Below, one piece after another: positions 22,600 to 32,608 of a DNA stretch of 32,608 bases. Within the stretch, counting starts at the first letter, position 1. Each line of letters starts with the position of its first letter. Under the pieces are notes generated by a model. That model made no database searches. It was not told where the DNA came from and saw only the letters and a list, made by a program, of their open reading frames with translations. Origin of the DNA: Octopus bimaculoides (lineage: Eukaryota); contig NC_068994.1 in assembly GCF_001194135.2 (NCBI RefSeq), forward strand, positions 56,209,479 to 56,242,086, given 5' to 3'. A program made the translations under genes and the position numbers.

Positions 22600-24111
22600 T
22601 CTCTCTCTCGTGCTCTCTCTATTTCTTCTTGGATATATGTGTGCGGTTTGCGTAGGAGTGGGGACACAAAGACACACACAAGCAGACGACAAGTATAGAC
22701 TATTAATTTTTATTTATTCGGTACAAATATGAAATTTTAATCGACAGATTATTCCATATTCCCTAGCATGTAAAATTCTTCTACATTTCGATGCAAAGGA
22801 ATTGCATCAGTGACCAAGCTGTATGTATGCAACGCAACCTTTTAGCACTTCGTAATATATTGTATTATTAAAAAGAAAACAAAATATAAAGGATTAGAAA
22901 TAATAATCTTAATGACTGAGAGAGCATAATGTCAGGTGTGAGAGGTGACGATGGATTTATTTTTCGGTATGCGTTCCATATGTTTACAGCTGTTTCGTAA
23001 CGTTATTCAGAATTAATTTCCGGAAACATTATATGTATATATTTGCGTCAATATACGTATGTGCACGGCATTATACTATTCAACTTTATTCATAGGTTAA
23101 TGCAAAAATATAAAAAAAGAAAGTAAAAGAAGGAAACTAGCTCAACAGACCACCGGAAATTCGCAGATATACCTCATATATACACTGATAGCCGATTCCG
23201 AATGAGGAGCTTACTGTGATAACCCCATGATTCCCTGAAACCACATACATACATACATACATATACGGAGCGAGTGAAAGGGAGACAAACGGACAGACAG
23301 AGACAGAGAAAGAGAGACAGAGAGACAGACAGAAAGTGACGGGGGAAAGGGTGAGAAAAACTTCTGTGTAGTCATTTTTGAGAACAAGTTTCTGTGACCC
23401 CATTAATGTGTGTCTGTAATAGAGGTAGGTAGCGGTGAGAGAAGGATTCAAAGTAAGAATTAAGGAAGGGGAAGGTGAACTAAATGGAGAGGAAGTGGAA
23501 TATAATTAGTATTTAATGAAACATTAATTTAATTAGCGCTAATGGCAAGTATTCAGTCACACGTATACACGCATCTAGCCATTCATATATGAGTGAATAT
23601 ATGTTTGTATATATGTATGTATGTATTCCTATCAGTTCAGGTGCTGTCGCTCGGCTCCACCCCCCTCAACATATCTCCTGGTGTTACTAACATACGGCAG
23701 CTTCTATCCTTTGCCCCTTGTGAGAATACATTTTCCTTAGCGTTATTGACTTTTTTTCTCATTAGGCTGTAATTGCAATTAAGTAATGAGTAGGGTAGAT
23801 TGCGCATAGCTACACATACGCGATGGTGTGGAATGCGTCAGGGCATATATGTTTACATGTATGATGTGTGTGTATGTGTGTGTTTGTGTGTGCACGTGTA
23901 GATGTGCTTGCATGTGTGTACGTACTTATATAGTATAATACAATATATATATATGCCTAAAAGTTTTTGCGAAAGTTGATATGGCCAAGATATCTTAAGA
24001 AAGATTTACTTAAAAGTTAATAACTATTAAAAAATTTTCTTTGGTTTTAAATATCAGAATTTGACGAACCTCTTGGGAAAATGTTTTCGTACGCACGCAC
24101 ACGCACGTACG

Positions 24112-24171
<60 letters not shown>

Positions 24172-24384
24172 TACACACATGTAAACGTAATCGCACATTT
24201 TTATGTATATATTCGTATGCACACACATGCATTGTCTGTGATGAATTTATCTTGAAAGAGGTGAGAATCTCTTCTGGTTAAATTCCGTTAAGTTACTCTA
24301 TAATTTCTACACAAAAATGTAGCCACACGTGAATCATTGGCGATTTTTTCCCCTCCGTCTTCCTTTTCTGTTGCACTTTCCTCT

Positions 24385-24420
24385 GTTTCTAAAGAAGAGC
24401 TTTTGCTCGAAACGTTAAAC
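24385..24420 (+). ncRNA. Degenerate minimal hammerhead-ribozyme-like motif (Penelope/retrozyme type)
   Basis: GTTT-CTAAAGA-A-GAGC(tttt)GCTC-GAAA-CGT-T-AAAC: perfect 4-bp stems I and II and palindromic ACGT stem III, with G5 mutated to A. Confidence 0.55.
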
Positions 24421-24878
24421 CACCTTTTTTTTTCCTTCTCTGAGCGTCTGCTAATACTTTACACGTACAATCTCCTCACGTTGTTATTTTTTTGTGTGGG
24501 GGAGGGCGACTTTTTGTGTTTACTATATATATATATTTACTATATATATATATATATATACCAGTACTCTCACAGCGACTCACCTTATGGCGTGCGAGTA
24601 CACGGCTATTGCTGGGTCATATTTATAGAATATTTATATAATAATATGCATAAACAATTGTAGTGATTTGGGTTAAAGCCTGTTCATTCCATTTTCTTGT
24701 ATTATAAATTTCATACATACAAATATATATGCATATGCGTAAATATATATACGTATATATAGATATGTGTATGTATGCGAGTATACCCACACATACAAAA
24801 TATACATATACATATACACATATATATATCTATCTCTCAATCTATACATACACAAACATACATGAATGTGTGTGTGCA

Positions 24879-24931
<53 letters not shown>

Positions 24932-25462
24932 GACAAAGTATGATCTGGAGCTAAACAAGGGGTCAAATATGCCGCAGCGGTTAGGGTAACAACAGCTTGA
25001 ATATCCGATTCTGTTGCTTAATTCAAACGGAAAAGCGGAAAGAGGTCTGTGGAGTATTTTACAGAACAGGGAGGTTGTTGTTAAGCAGGTTGTGCTCACC
25101 TGAACATCCGCTAAGTATTTCCGGTTTATTTGCGCAAACACCAACCTACCACCGACCGGTCGCCCTCTTTACAAATCTATGAACTTCCGCTGTGAAGTTT
25201 GTTCTGATATTTTACGCTGTTCAATGCAGACACCGTCATTATATTTACCTATTTTCGATATCCCCAAACTAGCACGTTTTGTACCACTTGTCAGGGTTTT
25301 GTTGTGAGGTTGTTGTTGTTGTTACTTCTGTTGTTGCAATGTAGTTTGGTTGTAGACTTCCTTGGCGGCTTTCCGATTGTGACCATTTCGTCTTCCTATT
25401 TTTTATTTTAATCTAAAATATATTTAGCACTGTGTATTGCAGTACTCACCAGAGAGGAAAGT

Positions 25463-25699
25463 CTATGTCTCTAGACCTTTCAGACGCGTCCACCATACAC
25501 ATTCTTTCGCCATAGCCACAAGTACGATGAAAATGGCTCTTTCTTCCCGTTTCAAGGAAGAAGGCGCGACAATATTCACGATAGACTCGGTTGATAAACC
25601 GACTCGTCCCACACGCGATAGCAGTCGTTCGACATAGGCCCACAGGTCGGAAATGGTTGGACACTGTACGAGTGCGTGCAGGACGGTTTCGTCGCTCTG
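25463..25699 (-). mobile_element. L1/Tx1-like non-LTR retrotransposon ORF2 C-terminal fragment (zf-RVT-type zinc finger region)
   Basis: Manual translation: QSDETVLHALVQCPTISDLWAYVERLLSRVGRVGLSTESIVNIVAPSSLKREERAIFIVLVAMAKECVWWTRLKGLET*. It shows ETxxH...CP...LW and AKxxxWxxR motifs. The upstream part lies in the N-gap at 25702-25812. Confidence 0.8.
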
Positions 25700-25812
25700 A
25701 CNNNNNNNNNNNNNNNNNNNNNNNNNNNNNNNNNNNNNNNNNNNNNNNNNNNNNNNNNNNNNNNNNNNNNNNNNNNNNNNNNNNNNNNNNNNNNNNNNNN
25801 NNNNNNNNNNNN

Positions 25813-25880
25813 GACTTGCTCGACTAAGGGCGGTCCTCGAGCATGGCCACAGTCAAATGACTGAAACAAGTAAAGAGTAA
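25813..25880 (+). mobile_element. SINE family 1, 3' end
   Basis: TCGACTAAGGGCGGTCCTCGAGCATGGCCACAGTCAAATGACTGAAACAAGTAAAGAG followed by (TA)n(TG)n. Contains the CAGTCA-AA-TGACTG stem-loop at 25850-25863. Confidence 0.8.
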
Positions 25881-25884
25881 AAGT

Positions 25885-25960
<76 letters not shown>

Positions 25961-26648
25961 ATATATGTATGTACGTGTGCATATATATGTATTTATATAT
26001 GTATATGTATTATATATTTTTTTTATGTGTGTGCGTGTGCGTGTGTAAATGTAGATGTATGTTTGTATGCATGTTTGAATATACATGGGTGTGTATGTAT
26101 TTATATTTGTATGTGTATACATACTGTAGAGAGCGAATGAGAGACAGGCAGTGACAGAATGAGGGGGAAAAGAGAGAAAGACGAATAATTATTATTTCAG
26201 TCATACATATTATATAATTGCGTTCTTAATTCTTTTTAAATGTGTACCAACGGTAACATAGCGTCTGTGAAGAAGGAGAAATATATGGCTTGTAGATCCT
26301 AGCTTAAATGTAAATAAAATTTAATTAAATTTAATACATATTTTAACATTCATAATTAAAAATATACTCTCTGTGCTCCACAGACTCTCTCTCTCTCTCT
26401 CCTCCGCCTCTGTATCTCTATTCTCTCCTCTTCTCTCATTGTTTTCTCTCTGTCTCCTTTCTCCACCCTCTCCTCCTTTTTTGCTATGATCTCACCAAAC
26501 TTCAAAGTATGTTTCAAGAAAATACCGCCCCAGATTAGACCTAATTGAGGAAACAGAGTTGTAATTAAGGACATTCCAGCCATGGCCTTCTCCGTCGGTT
26601 GCGAAATGGTGCTAGAGAAAAAACGCGCGCACACAAATACAAACACTA

Positions 26649-26800
26649 TACGGTGGGCTTCTTTCAGTTTCCATCTACCAAACCCATTCAAAGGGATTCG
26701 GCCGGTCTGAAGGTAGAGTAGAAGACACTTGCCCAAGGTGCCACGCAGTGGGACTGAACCCGGAGCCATGTGGTTTAGAAGAAAATTACTAGCTGCATAC
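26649..26800 (-). mobile_element. SINE family 1, 5' half
   Basis: Plus strand: GGGCTTCTTTCAGTTTCCATCTACCAAA...GAAGACACTTGCCCAAGGTGCCACGCAGTGGGACTGAACCCGGAGCCATGTGG. Confidence 0.85.
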
Positions 26801-27546
26801 ACACGTCTGCGCCGTTATGCACACACAACACATACACATGCACATATAAAAACACACACATACATAACAGATACACATGCACACATACAAACACACACGC
26901 AACAGATACACATGCACACATACAAGCACACACTCACACACATACACGCATAGACACGCATACATACTCGAATAATTAACACACAACCAGTTTGGATGTG
27001 ATGCAAATGAGAATTCAAACAAGTGGTGATGTAAAATAATACATACGATGACGTCAGCGAAGCAATGAAGTGACTGTCTGAATGGAATGCTACTTTTGTT
27101 TGCGTGGAAAGCATTTTAATGGGGCCCAGTTCCTCTGGACGTTATAACTTAATCTAGCCTCACCCGCCTCCCTACTCGCTTGGGCTTCTAACACCCTCTC
27201 TGTCACATCATGAGAGTGTATAGTGGGGGTCGAATAGATGGAAGGGTAGCTGACAAAATTGTGTATACATATGGGTTTTTTTTTTCCTTCTAAGAGGAAA
27301 TAAATTCAAACTTTCCCACATGACGGTTTAATCAGTTAATCTTGCAATCTTTCAATGCAAAGCGGGGAGAAATGTGTCCCCCCTTATACATAACTGCCAC
27401 CACCTCTATCTTTCTCCTCTCTCGCGTTCCCTCGCTCCCCACTCTCTCACGCTCATTTCTCTCCCTCTCTCTCTCTCTGTAACAGAATTACACACACATG
27501 TATCATATACATCTATACACACATACAAGAGTACATACATAACTAC

Positions 27547-27579
<33 letters not shown>

Positions 27580-28279
27580 NNNNNNNNNNNNNNNNNNNNN
27601 NNNNNNNNNNNNNNNNNNNNNNNNNNNNNNNNNNNNNNNNNNNNNNNNNNNNNNNNNNNNNNNNNNNNNNNNNNNNNNNNNNNNNNNNNNNNNNNNNNNN
27701 NNNNNNNNNNNNNNNNNNNNNNNNNNNNNNNNNNNNNNNNNNNNNNNNNNNNNNNNNNNNNNNNNNNNNNNNNNNNNNNNNNNNNNNNNNNNNNNNNNNN
27801 NNNNNNNNNNNNNNNNNNNNNNNNNNNNNNNNNNNNNNNNNNNNNNNNNNNNNNNNNNNNNNNNNNNNNNNNNNNNNNNNNNNNNNNNNNNNNNNNNNNN
27901 NNNNNNNNNNNNNNNNNNNNNNNNNNNNNNNNNNNNNNNNNNNNNNNNNNNNNNNNNNNNNNNNNNNNNNNNNNNNNNNNNNNNNNNNNNNNNNNNNNNN
28001 NNNNNNNNNNNNNNNNNNNNNNNNNNNNNNNNNNNNNNNNNNNNNNNNNNNNNNNNNNNNNNNNNNNNNNNNNNNNNNNNNNNNNNNNNNNNNNNNNNNN
28101 NNNNNNNNNNNNNNNNNNNNNNNNNNNNNNNNNNNNNNNNNNNNNNNNNNNNNNNNNNNNNNNNNNNNNNNNNNNNNNNNNNNNNNNNNNNNNNNNNNNN
28201 NNNNNNNNNNNNNNNNNNNNNNNNNNNNNNNNNNNNNNNNNNNNNNNNNNNNNNNNNNNNNNNNNNNNNNNNNNNNNNN

Positions 28280-28341
<62 letters not shown>

Positions 28342-28636
28342 GTTTGTGATGTGAGCGTAATTGAAATCTAATATATATGTAAATCAAATTGAAGAATTCT
28401 TCTGGGAGAAAACGGTTAGTTGTATATTTTCACAATTGACAGTTTCCAAATGTCTGCCGACATATTAAGGACATTTTCATAAGAGATGACTGCAGTCAGT
28501 GTCGTGTTTAAAACCAATTCTAGCGACAACAACAACAACAACAAGAAATACAACAACAGCAACAACACTTAGGAACAGTAACAATAATAACAACAACACC
28601 CACAGCACTGGAAATAGATTTCGCCTTCATAAATAG

Positions 28637-28676
<40 letters not shown>

Positions 28677-28873
28677 ATGGCGTGCGAAAGTATGTGGGGC
28701 AGAGCGATAGAGAGCGAAACAGAAAGAGAGAGAGAGTGGGGTGAGAAAGAGAGAGAAAGACTCAATTATTTTCTCTTTTCAGAGGAAGAAGAGAAAATTA
28801 TGGCAAAAACTTATGAATCTGGACAGTTAAAAATAACCGACGATCATCATTATAATCATTATGGTTGTTAGTG

Positions 28874-29196
<323 letters not shown>

Positions 29197-29811
29197 ATGG
29201 ATGATGTGAATATCCAGATATATCTTGATGTTTATTGCATAAAAAAATCGACCTGATGAGCAGCTTCTCTGTTCTCTGAAGGAAATGACACACATTTCAC
29301 ACACACACAGACACACGCACACACACACACACACATTCACATACATACACACACATACTAGCGTACATAGATAGACAGCGAGGTAGATAGTAGACTGATG
29401 TTTGGTGTGTGTGTGTGTGCGTGTGGCATTTAGTGTACTTTATTCTTCCTAGTTATTGATATCAAAGCCATTGGACATTCAAATTATTTCTCTTATGGCA
29501 TTAGATTTATTCATATGTGTGTGTATAAGTACATATATAAATGTGTGTTTGTGTGCACGTGCGTGTGTTTACATTAAAACATACACACAGAGATACACAT
29601 AATGTGTATATTTATATATGTAAATATATGTTCGTGTGTTTGTAACAGTGTGCGTGTGTGTGTGTAGGTAAACAGATAGATGGTCTGACAGGTAGACATA
29701 TAACATTATACAATGTATCATTCTGTAATTTTTGCGGGGTGGGGGTAGAATTTTAGCAGGGCGGAGATTTGACTGCTCTTCGAACCTTATCGACCACCAA
29801 CGCAGAGGCCA

Positions 29812-29905
29812 TTTCAGTGGCTTGCTTCAGTTTCATATACATACCTAAATGTATACCTTATCTATATAATCATATGTGTGCATATATATATCTATATGTC
29901 TACAC

Positions 29906-29953
<48 letters not shown>

Positions 29954-30318
29954 NNNNNNNNNNNNNNNNNNNNNNNNNNNNNNNNNNNNNNNNNNNNNNN
30001 NNNNNNNNNNNNNNNNNNNNNNNNNNNNNNNNNNNNNNNNNNNNNNNNNNNNNNNNNNNNNNNNNNNNNNNNNNNNNNNNNNNNNNNNNNNNNNNNNNNN
30101 NNNNNNNNNNNNNNNNNNNNNNNNNNNNNNNNNNNNNNNNNNNNNNNNNNNNNNNNNNNNNNNNNNNNNNNNNNNNNNNNNNNNNNNNNNNNNNNNNNNN
30201 NNNNNNNNNNNTTTCAGTGGCTTGCTTCAGTTTCATATACATACCTAAATGTATACCTTATCTATATAATCATATGTGTGCATATATATATCTATATGTC
30301 TACACATATATATATATA
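29812..30318. other. 107-bp exact direct duplication flanking an N-gap (probable assembly overlap artefact)
   Basis: 29812-29918 equals 30212-30318. The second copy starts exactly at the end of the gap (29954-30211). Confidence 0.8.
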
Positions 30319-31230
30319 AGTATGTATCCACATGCCTATCGTTAGGTGCATAGAAAGTGCTTATATATAGATATGTATACACACACACACACGCACACAT
30401 ACATACACACACCCACACACACACACTGGACACACGTAGTGTGTGAGGTTTGATTGCATTATCAAAAATACATAAAATTCCATAGAAATGTCGAGAGTAT
30501 TGTTTTGAGTAATACAGCCAACAGATTTTCCAATGATGGACTCGATATACTTATTCTTTAAACGTGCGTGTATATGGGTGTGTATATATGCGTGTGCATA
30601 TATATACATGTGTGTGTGTTTGGGGGGGGGTATGAAGTTAGTGTGAAAATCTTTACAATCTGCAGGTGGCCAGTGGAATCAATATATGTCAAAGATGGCT
30701 GTCTGTTTAGAAGTTTACAAACTGGCATGTTGTATGTTCTATCGAGAACGTTCTTAAGTCGGTGGTTAGAATTTGATGAGAGAGGAGAAAATAAGAAACA
30801 GAAAAATAAAAGAACAAAGCAAACAAAACAACAACAACAACAAAAAGAAACAACGGAGGGGATCGTGTAGGTGTAAGAACTTACGGCTTTTGTAAACATG
30901 TATCTGTGATGGGGAAAAGGTGAGCGGCACAAAAAGATGTAAGGGAGAAAATATAAAAATAAGCTGAAAGATATCGAAGGTAGGTGTGAAGTTTGGATTC
31001 GTATAAAACATTGTGCAGACTTAGAGAGAAGCGGGAAGAAGGAGGAGGAGCAGGAGGAGCAGGAGGAGGAGGAGAAGAAGAAGAAGAAGAAGAAGAAGAA
31101 GAAGAAGAAGCGATGACGACAAAAATGTGTTATATTTTGTTTATACATACTTACACGCTATGTACTTCTTTCTCACTCTTTCTCTCGCCACACACATAAT
31201 ACATATATATGTATGTGTGTGTGCTTTTGT

Positions 31231-31231
<1 letters not shown>

Positions 31232-31303
<72 letters not shown>

Positions 31304-31818
31304 NNNNNNNNNNNNNNNNNNNNNNNNNNNNNNNNNNNNNNNNNNNNNNNNNNNNNNNNNNNNNNNNNNNNNNNNNNNNNNNNNNNNNNNNNNNNNNNNN
31401 NNNNNNNNNNNNNNNNNNNNNNNNNNNNNNNNNNNNNNNNNNNNNNNNNNNNNNNNNNNNNNNNNNNNNNNNNNNNNNNNNNNNNNNNNNNNNNNNNNNN
31501 NNNNNNNNNNNNNNNNNNNNNNNNNNNNNNNNNNNNNNNNNNNNNNNNNNNNNNNNNNNNNNNNNNNNNNNNNNNNNNNNNNNNNNNNNNNNNNNNNNNN
31601 NNNNNNNNNNNNNNNNNNNNNNNNNNNNNNNNNNNNNNNNNNNNNNNNNNNNNNNNNNNNNNNNNNNNNNNNNNNNNNNNNNNNNNNNNNNNNNNNNNNN
31701 NNNNNNNNNNNNNNNNNNNNNNNNNNNNNNNNNNNNNNNNNNNNNNNNNNNNNNNNNNNNNNNNNNNNNNNNNTATATATATATATATATATATAGATAG
31801 ATAGATAGATAGATAGAT

Positions 31819-31874
<56 letters not shown>

Positions 31875-31920
31875 CAGACAGACAGAGACAGAGAGACAGA
31901 GAGACAGAGAGAGAGATGTA
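31232..31920. repeat. (CA)n - gap - (TA)(AGAT)(AG)n microsatellite cluster
   Basis: Direct reading; the N-gap is at 31304-31773. Confidence 0.9.
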
Positions 31921-32608
31921 CATGCATACATACATACATACATGCATACATACGTAGATACTGTTTTATCTCCTGTCCAAAATAATAGAAGTTTTCCCAT
32001 TGTTTCTATAAGGTTATCACATATGTATTGTGTGCATTTTAAGCTTGGTCAAAATAGAATGATTATACCGGGATATGATACTTGTACATGCTTCTTTGAA
32101 AGGAAATTTGTTTACATTAAACTGATTCGCAGTTTCTACGGAATTCTTTCTGTTCTGAGGGTGATTTAATATACTAATTTCCCTGTCTAGAGATACGTAA
32201 TTCTTTTAATGAAATTCGGAAGTACCGGGTGCAACAGAAAAACTACCCACATTTGAAACCGCCATGGCTGTGGGGCTATTAACGTGAGGCAAATGATAAT
32301 TGTATCTTCGTGTAGCTAAAGGTGTATCATTTATATTTCCACGCACATTATAAATATATTCTGTAAGCGGAGCAGTAAGAATATGCAAGACTTTTCTCAA
32401 GTTCAGCAAACGGCATTATTTTTGTCATCTGCATTTCAGCGTTCAAGCTTTGCATCTTTGTAAGAAACCACTTCCTTCCTTGTACGAGGAATTCGAATAA
32501 TTGAAAACACAAGAGGACATACATACATACACACCTACACACACATGCATATATGCCTACATAATATATACATATATATACACGTATGTGTGTATGCATA
32601 TATATATA

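Noticed and set aside
24842-25182. ORFs 24842-25144 (-) and 24997-25182 (+); donor cag|GTGAGC at 25100
   Set aside because: No good acceptor or recognisable domain, and the ORF runs into (CA)n.
25444-25450. Perfect GTGAGT donor on the minus strand
   Set aside because: It lies within the LINE-derived sequence just after its stop codon, so a chance match is more likely than a host exon.
29255-29285. CTGATGA-GCAG...CTGT
   Set aside because: GAAA is not adjacent to stem II and there is no stem III.
30568-30870. ORF with acceptor-like ctgcag at about 30665 (WPVESIYVKDGCLF...)
   Set aside because: No donor or homology was recognised, and it is flanked by low-complexity sequence.

Overview
This is eukaryotic (animal) genomic DNA from a gappy short-read scaffold: 14 N-runs totalling about 6.0 kb (~18%), nearly all abutting microsatellites. 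The extreme microsatellite density and the three tRNA-derived SINE families resemble an octopus/coleoid cephalopod genome; this is pattern recognition, not a database match. Most ORFs in the supplied track are artefacts of microsatellites or N-runs. One convincing host coding exon is present: a minus-strand ATG exon (8077-7766) encoding a TRIM-type C3HC4 RING finger. Two protein relics missed by the ORF track were found by manual translation: a frameshifted, stop-riddled MEKK1/ZSWIM2-type SWIM zinc-finger sequence (~19573-19948, minus) and the zinc-finger C-terminus of an L1/Tx1-like LINE ORF2 (25463-25699, minus). The most unusual signal is a dispersed set of degenerate minimal hammerhead-ribozyme-like motifs with palindromic stem III (9793-9828, 17789-17835, 24385-24420, plus partial ones), of the kind associated with Penelope-like elements and retrozymes. 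Other structure includes a 53-bp-arm foldback, two smaller hairpins, a SINE carrying a 7x12-bp internal expansion, and a probable assembly duplication. No CRISPR array, rRNA or bona fide tRNA is present.
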